A stretch of DNA of 64,000 nucleotides from an uncultured Actinomycetes bacterium (GCA_963743455.1 CAVUPJ010000005.1:28946-92945), one strand, 5' to 3'. Positions 29,269 to 40,896 are shown, counted from the stretch's first letter. Translations and numbers: made by a program. The notes: generated by a model not told the origin, from the letters alone.

Positions 29269-30451
29269 GTGCGCGCGGGGGATCGACAGCGCTTGTCTGA
29301 TGAGCTGGGGGCCGCCCGGCAACGGATCGGTGAGCTCGAGGAGCGGCTGACCCGGCTCTCCCAGCGGGATCCGCTGATCACGAGCCTGCTCAGCCTCGGC
29401 GCCTTCCGAACCCAATTCGAGCTCGACGTCGCGCGCGCGCACCGCAACCAGCGCCCGCTGACGGTGGCCCTGCTCGACGTCGACCGGTTTCGCCAGCTGA
29501 ACCTCGAGCACGGCTACGCGGCGGGCGACGCGGTCCTGGCTGCCGTCGCCGGCCTGATCGCCGAGCAGACCGGCGTCCACAACCTCGCCTGCCGGATGGG
29601 CGGCGACGAGTTCGCGTTCCTGCTGCCGGAGACCGGCGCCGTGGCGCGGGAGGCGATCGAGCGGCTGCTGGTGGAGCTCGAGGACCTCGAGGCGGGCGGG
29701 ATCCGCGGCATCTCGGCCTCGGTCGGCATCGCGACGCTGGAGATGGGAGACAAGCCCGAGGCGGTGCTCGCCGCGGCCAGGGCGGCGCTGGAGCAGGCGC
29801 GCGCCCGGGGCGGCCGGCAGGCCGCGGTCTTCGGTGGCTCCTCAGAGAACGGAGACGCGGCGCTCGACCTCGGGCATGGCGACGTGATCGCGGCGCTCGC
29901 CTCGGCGCTCGAGGAGCGCGACCGCTACACGGGCGAGCATTCGGAGAGCGTCGTCGACCTGACCGCGCAGGGTGGGGGAGGCGCTGGCGCTCGGCGGCGA
30001 GGAGATCAGCCGCGTCCGCACCGCGGCGCTCCTCCACGACATCGGCAAGGTCGGGGTTCCCGACGAGATTCTTCACAAGCCTGGCCCGCTAAACGACCGG
30101 GAGTGGGAGATCATGCGCCAGCATCCGGTGATCGGCGAGCGGATCCTGCGAGCGATCCCGGGAATGGGAGACGTGGCTCGCATCGTCCGTCACGAGCACG
30201 AGCGCTGGGACGGCAAGGGCTATCCGGATTGCCTCGCCGGCGCGGAGATCCCGGTCGGCAGCCGGATCATCCTCGCCTGCGACGCCTACCACGCGATGGT
30301 CTCCGACCGTCCCTACCGCAAGGCCATGGAGCACACCGACGCGATCGCGGAGTTGAGCGGCAACGCGGGCGCCCAGTTCGACCCGGAGGTCGTGGAGGCG
30401 CTGGTCGGCTACCTGTTCGGGCGCCGCCAGGCGGGCCTGACCGCGGTCTGA
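29269..30451 (+). CDS. GGDEF diguanylate cyclase fused to an HD-GYP-type phosphohydrolase; frame broken near 29970
   Basis: ORF 29269.. has RMGGDEFAFLL. ORF 29972..30451 has LLHDIGKVGVPDEIL...HHERWDGKGYPD. Confidence 0.85.
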
Positions 30452-30532
30452 CCCTGGTCGACAACGACCGCGACGGCCCCGGGCGAACCCGAGACCGACG
30501 CCGGCCGCTAGCCGGTTGCCTTCAAGGCCGTT

Positions 30533-30676
30533 CTAGAGCTTGCCGATCTTGAAGATCTTGGTGCCGCAGTCGGGGCACGTGCCCTGAATCGCCGGGCGAC
30601 CGTTCTTCATGGTCACCTGCTGCGGATTCTGGATCTCGACCTTCTTGCGTTCCTTCACGCAGTAACCGGTTGGCAT
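30533..30676 (-). CDS. DUF5679-type small zinc-ribbon protein (47 aa), absent from the ORF track
   Basis: My translation is MPTGYCVKERKKVEIQNPQQVTMKNGRPAIQGTCPDCGTKIFKIGKL. AGGAG lies 8 nt upstream of ATG 30676. Confidence 0.75.
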   Translation of the reverse strand: MPTGYCVKERKKVEIQNPQQVTMKNGRPAIQGTCPDCGTKIFKIGKL

Positions 30677-30845
30677 CTGTGGGATCTCCTTTCAGGAACC
30701 GCGTGTGTGTGCGTGCGCCGAAGAGCTGCGATCTCTCGCCTATCCGGCGACCGTTGAGCGACCGTAGAGGACTCGCCGGACGCGTGCAGGCACGCCTCGT
30801 GCGAATAAACACAAGTTCGCAGGCTGGGGAGGCGGACGCCTGAGG

Positions 30846-31460
30846 CTAGGGAGAGCGCCGACCAGAGCCGCCGCCGGACGAGCTGCCTGAGCTGCCGGAC
30901 GAGCCGGAGGTGCCGTCGGACGAGCTGTCCGCGCTGGACACCTGGCTTCGCAGCTCCTTGATGTCGTCCTGCACCACCTTCAGCTCGCGCCTGGTGGTGG
31001 TTTGAGCGGTGGAGAGCCTGTTCACCTCGTCCTCGAGCTCGGCGAGCCGGCGGTCGAGCCCCTGGACGTCCTCCTGGGCGGCCTCGGAGGCGGACTGCTC
31101 CACGACTGAGATCTGGTCGCGAAGCGAGGAGAGGTCGTCCTCGGTGGCGGCGTCCTGCTTCAGGGTGAGCGTCAGGACCAGGCCCACGGCGGCCGCCGCC
31201 AGCGCCAGGACCGCGACCGCGGCGCCCACGTAGGTGCGCACCCCGAGCTTTCGATCGAGCTGTGCGATCCAGGCCCGAAGGCCGTCGATGCGCTCCTGGG
31301 GGTCGGCGGGCGCCTGAGGCGCCGCCGCGGGCTGAGCCGGCTGAGGCTTCCCCGGTGTCTTCACGGCCTCGGCGTCCTTGGCCGCGGGGGAGCTTGGCGG
31401 CGACTCCTCGGTGGAAGGCTCGACCCCGCGTCGCGCGAACGGAAGGCGTGGACGGCGCAT
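30846..31460 (-). CDS. Hypothetical membrane-anchored coiled-coil protein with Ser/Gly-rich tail
   Basis: Starts at internal ATG 31460 of ORF 30846..31571. Pro/Ala-rich N-terminus, TM VGAAVAVLALAAAAVGLVLTL and heptad-like C-half. Confidence 0.5.
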   Translation of the reverse strand: MRRPRLPFARRGVEPSTEESPPSSPAAKDAEAVKTPGKPQPAQPAAAPQAPADPQERIDGLRAWIAQLDRKLGVRTYVGAAVAVLALAAAAVGLVLTLTLKQDAATEDDLSSLRDQISVVEQSASEAAQEDVQGLDRRLAELEDEVNRLSTAQTTTRRELKVVQDDIKELRSQVSSADSSSDGTSGSSGSSGSSSGGGSGRRSP

Positions 31461-31464
31461 GGCC

Positions 31465-31828
31465 CTAGACGCCCGGGCCGGGACTCGGCGACCTCGCCGT
31501 CCACGGGGTCGAGCTCCAGGCCGTGCTCCACCCAGGCGCGCAGCCCCCCGGCCAGGTTGTATGCGTCCCACCCCGCCTGCCTGAAGGCCGCGGCGGCCAG
31601 CGCCGAGCGATTTCCGGACCGGCAGTAGAAGATCACCGGCCTCTCCCTCGAGATCGACTCCGCCTCGCGGGTCAGCTCGTTCACCTCGATCGTGCGCGCG
31701 CCCCGGATCCTGCCCGCCTCCACCTCGTACGGTTGACGGACGTCGATCAGCTCCGCCTCGCCGGCCTCGATCAGCTCGGCTGCGCGCGCCGGCGTGATCT
31801 CGGTCTCGGTGGCGGTCTCCTCGGCCAT
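31465..31828 (-). CDS. Rhodanese-domain sulfurtransferase; 3' end inferred through a frame break
   Basis: ORF 31361..31828 has VIFYCRSGNRSA (active-site Cys loop). An out-of-frame TAG at 31465-31467 sits 4 nt before the next gene's ATG and is the likely true stop. Confidence 0.75.
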
Positions 31829-31944
31829 GCGCTCAGCTTACTCAGGGCTATCCCGGCAGGAAGGCGCATCCGGCGGCCTGGGGCCGAGTGGGACGAGGCC
31901 CTTATTCTCTGACCTTCCGAACTCGACCGAAGGAGACCTGCCCA

Positions 31945-33108
31945 ATGCCCGAAGCCGTGATCGTCGACGCCGTCCGCACCCCGATCGGCCGCGCCTTCAA
32001 GGGGTCGCTGTCCCAGCAGCGCCCCGACGAGATGGGCGCGCACGTCGTCGACAGGCTGCTCGAGCGCAACCCGGACGTGGAGCCCGCCTCGGTCGAGGAC
32101 GTCTTCTGCGGCTGTGGCCTGCCCCAGGGCCTGCAGGCCTTCAACATCGCCCGGATCATCGTGCTGCTCTCCGAGCACCTGCCGCAGACGGTCAACGGGG
32201 TCACCGTGTCGCGCTACTGCTCGTCCAGCCTCGACGCGATCCGCCACGCCGGCAACGCGATCAAGGCCGGCGAGGGCGACGCCTACATCGCCGCCGGGGT
32301 CGAGTGGGTGAGCCGCTACAACGAGCGCCAGGAGGCGGCCGGGGTGGCGGACCAGAACGAGCGCCTTCAGGGCGGGGACGGGCAGCCCGACGCCTACATC
32401 CAGATGGGCGACACGGCGGTCAACGTGGCCAAGAAGTACGAGGTCAGCCGGGCCGACATGGACAAGTACGCGCAGCGCTCCCAGGAGCTCGCGGTCGCCT
32501 CGCAGGAGTCGGGCTTCTTCGACCGCGAGATCGTCCCCGTGAAGCTCGAGGACGGCACCGAGGTCGCCAAGGACGACGGGCCGCGGGCGAGCTCGACCCT
32601 GGAGAAGCTGGCCGAGCTGCCGGAGGCGTTCGAGGGAGGCGGCGGCGTCACGGCCGGCAACTCCTGCCCCCTGAACGACGGCGCCGCGGCGGTGCTCCTG
32701 ATGTCCGACACCAAGGCCAAGGAGCTCGGCCTGACGCCGCGGGCGCGGATCGTCACCGCCGCGACCTTCGGCAACGAGCCCGAGTACATGGGCGTGGCCC
32801 CGATCGGGGCGATCAAGAAGGTGCTCGAGCGGGCTCAGATGACGATCGACGACGTCGACGTGGTGGAGCTGAACGAGGCCTTCGCGGCCCAGGTGATCCC
32901 GATCATGGACCAGTGCGGGATCTCGCTCGAGAAGCTGAACACGCACGGCGGGGCGATCGCGCTCGGCCACCCGTTCGGGATGACCGGGGCGCGGATCATG
33001 ACCACCCTGCTCAACGCGATGGAGACGGACGACCACCAGGTCGGCCTGGAGACGATGTGCGTCGCCGGCGGCCAGGGCAAGGCGATGATCGTCGAGCGGC
33101 TGGGCTGA
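31945..33108 (+). CDS. Acetyl-CoA C-acyltransferase (thiolase)
   Basis: ATG 31945 follows [18 protein letters not shown] (nucleophilic Cys), NEAFAAQV and [13 protein letters not shown] are present. Confidence 0.9.
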   Translation: MPEAVIVDAVRTPIGRAFKGSLSQQRPDEMGAHVVDRLLERNPDVEPASVEDVFCGCGLPQGLQAFNIARIIVLLSEHLPQTVNGVTVSRYCSSSLDAIRHAGNAIKAGEGDAYIAAGVEWVSRYNERQEAAGVADQNERLQGGDGQPDAYIQMGDTAVNVAKKYEVSRADMDKYAQRSQELAVASQESGFFDREIVPVKLEDGTEVAKDDGPRASSTLEKLAELPEAFEGGGGVTAGNSCPLNDGAAAVLLMSDTKAKELGLTPRARIVTAATFGNEPEYMGVAPIGAIKKVLERAQMTIDDVDVVELNEAFAAQVIPIMDQCGISLEKLNTHGGAIALGHPFGMTGARIMTTLLNAMETDDHQVGLETMCVAGGQGKAMIVERLG

Positions 33109-33138
33109 GCCAGGCGAGTCCGCGGGCGAGGCCCGCCG

Positions 33139-33920
33139 TCAGCCCGCCGCCTCGGCCTTGCGCAAACCACGGCGCGCGAAGACCGACAGGGCGGCGGCCA
33201 GGCCCACGGCCGCGGCGAAGGCGAGCGCGACGTGGAAGGGGTCGCCGGCCATCAGGCTGCGGCCGGCCTCGATGATCGGCGGTGACCGGGTTGACCTGCG
33301 AGACGGTCTCGATCCAACCCTGGAGCAGGTCGCGTGGCACGTACACCGGTGACGTCATCAGGATGAGGAAGACCGGCAGCTGCATCGCCGGCGCCGCCTG
33401 GAGGGTCCGCATTCGCGTCATCATCCCCGCTGCGAAGAGGAACGCGGCGACGTTGACGATCAGCGCGAGGCCAGACCAGCCCGAAAAGGTCGATCCCGCC
33501 GCCGCCAACCTCGAGCCCGGTGGCCAGGGCAATCGCGAAGACCATCGCCCAGACGAACACGGTCGCGGATCAGGGCCGCGACGCCGTAGCCCGCGATCAC
33601 CGCCGAGCGGTCACGGCGCGGCGAGCAGGAGACGCCGGGTGAACCCGGAGTCGAAGTCGGCGGCGATCGAGAAGCCGATGAAGACGCCCGCCGAAGGCGG
33701 CCGACTGGAGGAGCACGAAGACGAACTGGAAGGCGTTGTAGTCGTAGTAGTCGAAGCCGGGCAGGTCGCCGACCGCCGAGAGCCCGCCCGCGAACGCCAT
33801 GTAGAAGAAGAGCGGGAAGATGAGCGGCGGCAGGATCAGCGCCGGGCTGCGCACCACGGAGTGCAGGTTGCGCCAGGCCACCGTGCGGGCGACGGCGAGA
33901 TATCGGCCTCGGCGGCTCAC
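33139..33920 (-). CDS. ABC-2 type exporter permease B; frame broken at least 4 times
   Basis: Pieces are in ORFs 33597..33920, 33460..34209 (tail), 33252..33560 and 33011..33532, with an unlisted C-terminus ending TGA 33139. The start overlaps the permease A stop. Confidence 0.7.
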
Positions 33921-34713
33921 GTTCGCACCAGCCTCTCGCGCAGGGCGCCGTCGAGGCCGCCAGGCCGACCGCGAAGATCGCGATCGCGATGCCGAAGGCG
34001 AGCGCCAGCGCTTCGGCGTCCCAGCCGGTGATCACCAGGCTGCGAAGGCCCTCGATCAGGTAGCTGACCGGGTTGATCGTCGCCACCGTCTGGAACCAGT
34101 CCTGGGCGATCAGGTCGCGCGGCAGCGCCGCCGAGCTGAGGAAGAGGAGGATGAACATGAGCGGGAAGAGTCCCTGGACCGCCTCTCCCGACCCCGTGCG
34201 CAGCCCCACGAAGAGCCCGATCGTGCCGAAGCGCGGCGGCGATCAACAGCGACGAGGGCGAAGATGCACGAGCACGCCCAGGGGCCCGGCCTCGATGTCG
34301 GCGCCGGCGGCGAGGCCGGCGGCGAGGAATGCGATCGCCTGGATCGTCCCGACCAGCAGGACCCCGGTCAGCTGACCGGCGAGCAGCGAGGAGCCGCGCA
34401 TCGGCGTGAGCGAGAGGCGGTTGAAGAAGCCGCTGCCGATGTCCTGGGCGATGTTGGTGCCGGCCGTGTTGGTGGCGAAGATCGCCCCCTGCATGAAGGG
34501 GAAGGCGAGCACGAACGCCAGGTAGGAGTCGGTGGGGAAGCCCGGGATCTGCGTCGCCGCGTCGAGCCCGGAGGCGTTGATGGCGAGCAGGAAGAGCGGG
34601 AAGACGAGCGGCGGCACGATCACGATCGGCTGGCGCGCGGTCCGGATCACCGCGCGCCACGCCATGTAGCGCGCCTGGTTCGCAAGCGGGGCTGTGGCCA
34701 TGGTCACGGACAA
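33917..34713 (-). CDS. ABC-2 type exporter permease A; frame broken at least 3 times
   Basis: ORF 34243..34713 (ARYMAWRAVIRTARQPIVIVPPLVFPLFLLAI), ORF 33460..34209 (GEAVQGLFPLMFILLFLSSAALPRDL..INPVSYLIEGLRS), and the end ..LRERLVRT in frame 33917. Confidence 0.7.
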
Positions 34714-34724
34714 GCCGATCAGCG

Positions 34725-35746
34725 CTACGCCGGTACAGCCTCACGGGCATGCTCATCGGTGTCCCCGTCCGCGGCGGACTCGTCGCCGGCGCCCTCCAGC
34801 GAGCGCCCGGTCTTGGCGAGGAAGACGTCGTCGAGGCTCGGCGCGTGGAGCTTCAGGTCGGCGACCCTGATCCCCTCGCCGTCGAGCGCGCGGACGACGT
34901 CGGCGAGCTCCTCGGCCCCGTCGTTGAGCCGCACTGCGGCGGCCTCGCGGGCGGCCGGAAGCGGCTCGCCGAAGCGGGCGAGCACGGCGTCGAGGCGCTC
35001 GATCGTGGGTCGCGTCGACGGGCGCCGCCTCGACCGTCGGGCGGCCGATCTCGGCCTTCAGCTGGGCGGGCGTGCCTTCGGCGACGAGCCGCCCGCGATC
35101 GATGATCCCGACCCGGTCGGCGAGCGCAGTCGGCCTCCTCCAGGTACTGGGTGGTGAGAAAGACCGTGACGCCCTCGTTGCGGGCGAGGTGGGCGACCTC
35201 GTCCCAGAGAGCGGCCCGGCTCTGGATGTCGAGTCCGGTGGTTGGCTCGTCGAGGAACAGGAGCCGCGGCTCGTGGACGAGCGCCAGTGCCAGGTCCAGG
35301 CGGCGCTTCATGCCGCCCGAGTAGCCGCCGACGCGGCGGTCGGCCGCCTCGGCCAGGCCCACCCGCTCCAAGAGCGCCTCGCCGCGGCGCTCGATCTCGC
35401 TGGCTGAGAGGCCGTGGAGGCCGCCCTGGAGCTTCATGTGCTCGCGCCCGGTGAGCAGCGCGTCGAGCGCCGCCTCCTGGAGCGCGACGCCGATCGCGTC
35501 GCGCACCGCGGGCCCCTCGCGGACGATGTCGTGGCCGGCCACGCGGGCGGTGCCGGAGGTGGGCGGCAAGAGGGTGGTCAGCATGTGGACGGTGGTCGAC
35601 TTGCCGGCCCCGTTCGGGCCCAGGAAGCCGTAGATCTCGCCCGGTGCCACGTCGAGATCGATGCCGTCGACGGCGCGTGGGCCGTTCTTGAACTCGCGCA
35701 CCAGCCCCCGGGCCTCGATGCCGTTGCTCGATGCCGTCGATGTCAT
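34725..35746 (-). CDS. ABC-2 exporter ATP-binding protein (DrrA-like); frame broken near 35133 and 35005
   Basis: ATG 35746 follows GGAAGGTGG. GPNGAGKST, YSGGMKRRL and LFLDEPTTGLD are present. The C-terminal domain is in ORF 34725..34985. Confidence 0.85.
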
Positions 35747-35801
35747 TGATCCACCTTCCGTCTGCTGGTGTCGGTTGAAGCCTTGACTCCGTACAGCCGA
35801 G

Positions 35802-37563
35802 CTAGTCGTTGAACAGGGCGTAGCCGTACTCGCCGCGCCTGTAGGCGAGCTTGGCGATCGCCGACATCCGCTCGTCGTCGTTGTCCTCGAGGCGCTCGAA
35901 CCGGGAGCGCACGCGGCGGGCGGCGCGAGTGCAGAAGGTCTCCGCGATGTAGCGCTCCTGGCCCGAGGGCTCCACGCCGTGCTCGGTCGAAGATCGAGCT
36001 GACCCTGGAGAGCACCGCGACCTGCGCGTAGATGTCGGCGACCGAGTCGGCGAGGCGCTTCTGGGCGAACTGGCGGCTGACGATCTCCCGCTTGTGCTTG
36101 CGAAGGAGCGACTCGGAGACGTCGCGCAGCTCCTTGACCTGGTCGGAGACGGCGTCGGCGTGGCTCGCGAGCTCGGGGTGCGCCTTGGTGATCCGATCGG
36201 GGCGCACCTCGCGCTGGATCCGGCCGCCGAAGTAGTCGATCAGCACCCCGATCGAGCCGATCGGATCCGAGAGGCCGATCTCGCCGAGGCCCGAGAGCTT
36301 CTCGCCCAGCGGCTTCAGGCCGGAGAGCGCGACGAACGCGCGCAGCACGTCGTTGGCGCCCTCGAAGATCGGGAAGATGCGGATGTCGCGCAGCACCTTC
36401 TCGAACGGCTGGGTGCGCAGGTAGCCCTCGCCCCCCTTGAGCTGAAGGGTGCGGTTGGCCGCGTACCACAGGAACTCGGTCCCGGAGACCTTGCAGATCG
36501 CCGACTCCAGCGAGTAGTCGGGCACGCCGGCGTCGACCAGGCCGCAGGTCAGGTAGCACATCGCCTCGAGCCCGAACAGGTTGGAGACCATCCAGCCGAT
36601 CTTGTCCTGGACCAGCTCGAAGTCGGCCAGCGGCCGGCCGAACTGGTGGCGATCGTTGACGTGGTCGATCGCCTTGTCCAGCAGCCACTTGGCCGCCCCC
36701 ACCGAGCCCGTCCCGAGGCCGATGCGGCCGTTGTTGAGGATCTCCATCGCGATGTGGAAGCCCTCGCCGGGCTCGCCGAGCACGTTCTCGGGCGGCACCC
36801 GCACGTCGTTGAAGTAGAGGCGCCGCAGGTCGTTGCCCCGCAGCCCCATGGTGTCGTAGCGCTCGCCGACCTCGAACCCCTTCATCCCCCGCTCGACGAT
36901 CAGCGCGATGTGGCGGTCCTTGCCGTCCACCTCGCAGCGGGCGAAGGTCGTGAACACCGAGCCCTTGCCCCCGTTGCCGATGTAGCGCTTCTCCCCGTTC
37001 AGCACCCAGGACCCGTCGGCCTGCTGGACCGCGCGGCTTTCGATGTGGTAGGCGTCCGAGCCCGCGTTCGGCTCGGTGAGCGCGAAGCCGGCCAGCTTGC
37101 GCCCGGCGGCGAGGTCGGGGAGGAAGCGCTCCTTCTGCTCCTCGGTGCCGAACAGGTGGATGCCCTTGAAGCCGATCGACTGGTGGACGCCGAGGACGAT
37201 CGACAGCGTGGCGTCGATCCGGGCGAAGGCCTCGAACACGCGCGCGTAGCCGGTCTGCGAGAGGCCCTGGCCGCCGTAGCGCTCGGGGACGTAGAGGCCG
37301 CACAGGCCGCGCTCGCCGAGCTCGCGGATCACGTCGTCGCCGATCCAGCGGTCGTCCTCGATCTTGCGCGGGTCCAGCCGCGAGCCGAGCTCGTCCGCGG
37401 CCGCGATCAGGGCCCGCACGTGCTCCTGCTCGGCCGGGTCGGGCTGTGGCCACGGAAAGACCAGGTCCTCGTGGATCTCGCCCAGGAACAGGGACTTCGC
37501 GAACGAGGAGCAAGGCTGCTCGGTCCGCGCCTCCTCCACCCTTGCCTCGGTCGCGGCCTCCAT
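35802..37563 (-). CDS. Acyl-CoA dehydrogenase, long form with C-terminal extension; frame broken near 35985
   Basis: ORF 35743..37644 from ATG 37563 has FALTEPNAGSDA, GEKRYIGNGG and IFPIFEGANDV. The true tail ...GEYGYALFND-TAG at 35802 is in another frame. Confidence 0.9.
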
Positions 37564-37698
37564 CAACGCGAGGGTACCCTGCCGCGGGCCGAGTGGCCGG
37601 TCGGCCACGATCCGCCAGGTGCACGCTCGCGGCGGCTCCAGCACACCGGCGCCGGCGCCCGACCCCGGCCGTCTACCAGCGGCGCCGCCTGGTCGCGC

Positions 37699-38828
37699 GT
37701 GGCGGTCGTCGTCGCCGCTGATCGTTGCCGTCGTTCTCGCGGTGCGCGGCGCGGCGGCGGGGCTGTCGCGTGCAGGAGGTGGTGCGCGCCCAGCGCGAGG
37801 CGCAGCCGGTGCGCTTCACGATCGAGGCCAGCGGCGACCTCTTGATCCACTCGCTGGTCTGGGAGCGCGCGCTGGCGCTGGGCGGCGAGCGACTACGACT
37901 TCGCTCCCCTGTTCGACGAGATCCGGCCCTACGTCGCCGGCGCCGACCTGGCCCTCTGCCACGTCGAGACGCCGATGAGCCCGGCGCCGCCGGCCAGCTA
38001 CCCGATCTTCAACACGCCGCCGGAGCTGGCGCGAGGGATCAAGGCGACCGGCTGGGACGCCTGCGACACGGCCTCCAACCACTCGCTCGACCAGGCGCAG
38101 ACCGGGATCGACGAGACCGGCAAGGCCCTCGACCGCGCCGGCGTCGAGCACACCGGCTCCTTTCCCTCGGCGGCCGCGCAGCGCGAGCCGCTGATCGTCG
38201 ACGTCCACGGCGTCCGGGTCGCCCTGCTCGCCTACACCACGGACACGAACGGGATCCCGCTCCCCCAGCCGTGGTCGGTGAACATCGCCAGCCGGGAGCG
38301 CGTGCTGGCCGACGCGCGCCGGGCGCGGCGCATGGGCGCCGAGGCGGTGATCGTCAACCTCCACTGGGGCGCCGAGATCGTCCCCGAGTACCAGCCCGAG
38401 CCCAGCTCCGGGCAGCTCGACCTGGTCAAGAGGCTGACCGCATCCGCGCCTGATCACGGCGATCGTCGGCCAGGGCCCGCACGCCGTGCAGCCGATCGAG
38501 CGGGTAAACGGCAAGTTCGTCGTCTTCAGCGAGGGCAACCTGATCTCGAACCAGAGCCCGCTGGCGGGGCTGCCCGCGTCCAGCCAGGACGGCCTGATCG
38601 CGCTGCTCGACTGCGTCGCCAAGAGCGGCGAGGTCGAGGTGCGCCGGGTCCGCTACGTGCCGGTGTTCGTCAACCACCCCGACTACCGGGTGCTGCCGGT
38701 CGGCGACGCGCTGAGGGGCGGCGAGGGCGACCCGACCCTGTTGCGCGACTCGTACGAGCGGACCGTGAGCGTGGTCGGCCGCGGCAAGGGGATCGAGCCG
38801 GTGCCGCGGCGGCTGCCGACGGGGCTAG
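37699..38828 (+). CDS. CapA/PGA_cap-family metallophosphatase (poly-gamma-glutamate synthesis protein-like); several frame breaks, ends uncertain
   Basis: FTIEASGDLLIH (ORF 37725), CHVETPMS...TASNHSLDQAQTG...LHWGAE (ORF 37975) and GQGPHAVQPIE...FSEGNLISNQ (ORF 38486). An out-of-frame TAG lies at 38826-38828. Confidence 0.7.
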
Positions 38829-38872
38829 CCGTCCGCCACCCGTGTGAGCTGCAGCGGACTACGATCGCCGGC

Positions 38873-39845
38873 GTGGCCCTGCCCCTGAAGCCACCCGTTC
38901 AACCCCAGCTGGCGCTCTCCCGCAAGGAGATCCCGGAGGGCGAGGAGTGGGTGTACGAGCCGAAGTTCGACGGCTTTCGCGCGCTGGCCTTCGTCGACGG
39001 CGAGGACCTCTTCCTCCAGTCGCGAACGGGCAAGCCGCTGCGTCGCTACTTCCCCGAGCTCGAGTTCCCGCCGGGCCGCTACGTGCTGGATGGCGAGCTG
39101 GTGATCCTCGACGCCGACGACCGGGAGGTGTTCGACGCGCTCCAGAACCGCCTCCACCCGGCGGAGTCGCGCGTGCGGATGCTCGCCGCCGAGACGCCGG
39201 CGCTGTTCCGGGCCTTCGACCTGCTCGCCGAGGGGAAGGAAAAGCTCCTCACCCGTCCGTTCGCGGAGCGGCGCGAGCGACTCGAGTCGCTGGTCGCCGG
39301 CCTCGGCGGGCGAAGGAAGCGCACCTGCCGGCTCGATCGAGCTGACGCCGCTCGCGAACAGCCCCGCCAAGGCCGCCCCGTGGCTGGAGTCGGGCGAGGG
39401 CGTGATCGCGAAACAGCTCGACGCCCCCTACCGCCCCGGCGAGCGCAAGGGGATGGTGAAGGTGAAGCGCGTGCGAACGGCGGACTGCGTGGTGGTCGGT
39501 TGGCGGCCGGGGAAGGAGGAGGGCACCGTGGGCTCCCTGATCCTCGGCCTCTACGAGCGCGGCAAGCTGCGGGTCGTGGGCCATACCTCGGGCTTCCGGG
39601 CCAAGGAGAAGCGCGAGCTGGTCGCCAAGCTGGCGCCGTACGAGACCGGCGAGCGGGGCTCAGGCGACCCGAGCCGCTGGTCGCACGACCGCGACCTGGA
39701 GTGGATCGAGCTGCGTCCCGAGCTCGTGGTCGAGGTCTCCTTCGACCACGTCAGCGACGGCCGTATCCGCCACGGCACCAAGGTCCTGCGCTGGCGCGAC
39801 GACAAGGACCCGAAGGACTGCCGGTTCGACCAGCTCGAGCAGTAG
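38873..39845 (+). CDS. ATP-dependent DNA ligase (LigD ligase-domain / LigC-like); frame broken near 39320
   Basis: GTG 38873 is in ORF 38486... Adenylation motif I is EPKFDGFR. The OB-fold part is in ORF 39402..39845 (GVIAKQLDAPYRPGERKGMVKVK). Confidence 0.85.
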
Positions 39846-39847
39846 GC

Positions 39848-40896
39848 CTAGCGGCTCTTCCGGCCCGTGGCCTTCCTCGGCTTCGCCGGCTTCTTCGCGC
39901 GGCTCGGCTGCACGCGCTTCGGCTCGCCGCGCTGCTTGGCGAAGTGCGGCGGCCAGGGCGCGTCGCCGAGGCCCTCGGCCTCGTCGCGCGCCGCCAGCTC
40001 CAGCAGGCTCTCGAGTGAGCCCGGCGTGCCGGTCGATCTCGGCCGAGGGATCGCCGACGTCCTTGAGCCGCGCCGGGACGGTGTCGAGCCGAAGCTCGGC
40101 CGGATCGACGTCGGGCACCTCGTCCCACTCGAGCGGGCAGGAGACGCGGGCGTCGGCCACCGGGCGCACCGAGTAGGCGGAGGCCACGGTGCGGTCGCGG
40201 GCGTTCTGGTTGTAGTCGACGAAGACCCCGTGGCGCTCCTCCTTCCACCACTTGCTGGTCGCCAGCTTCGGGACCCGGCGCTCGACCTCGCGGGCGAGGG
40301 CCAGGGCCGCCCGCCGCACCTCCGTGAAGTCCTGCTCGGGCTCCACCCGCACGTTGACGTGGATGCCGCGCGAGCCGGAGGTCTTGGGGAAGCCCTCGAG
40401 GTCGTGCTCGGTGAGGACGTCGCGGACGACCATCGCCACCTTGCGGACGTCGTCCCAGGAGGCCTCGGGCGTCGGGTCGAGGTCGACGCGCAGCTCGTCG
40501 GGGTGGTCGAGGTCGGCGCGGCGCACCGGCCAGGGATTGAAGTCGATCACCCCGAGGTTCACCGCCCAGACGAGATGGGCGGCGTCGTTGGCGCACAGCT
40601 CGGTCGCGCTGCGCCCGCTCGGGAAGTGGACGGTGGCGGTCTGAAGCCACTCCGGCGCACCCTTCGGCACCCGCTTCTGGAAGAAGAACTCGCCGCCGGC
40701 CCCGTCGACGAACCGCTTCAGCGTCGTCGGTCGCTCGCGCAGGTGGACCAGGGCCGCGTCCGCCGCCTCGAGGTAGTAGTGGGCGAGGTCCAGCTTCGTG
40801 TGGCCCGTCTCGGGGAAGAAGACCTTGTCCGGGTTGGAGAGCCGAACCTCGTGACCCGCCGCCTCGATCGTCGTGTGCCGCCCTTTCTGTCGCCAT
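39848..40896 (-). CDS. LigD polymerase/primase (PrimPol) domain protein for NHEJ; frame broken near 40870 and 40020
   Basis: VRLSNPDKVFFPETGHTKLDLAHYY... (unlisted frame) joins ORF 39660..40670 (FPKTSGSRGIHVNV...VFVDYNQNARDRTVASAYSVRP). The tail ends TAG 39848. Confidence 0.85.

Noticed and set aside
34853-37624. 923-aa minus-strand ORF spanning the ACAD and ABC ATPase genes
   Set aside because: Only its last roughly 300 codons (from ATG 35746) are the DrrA-like ATPase. Upstream it is an off-frame reading of the acyl-CoA dehydrogenase gene.
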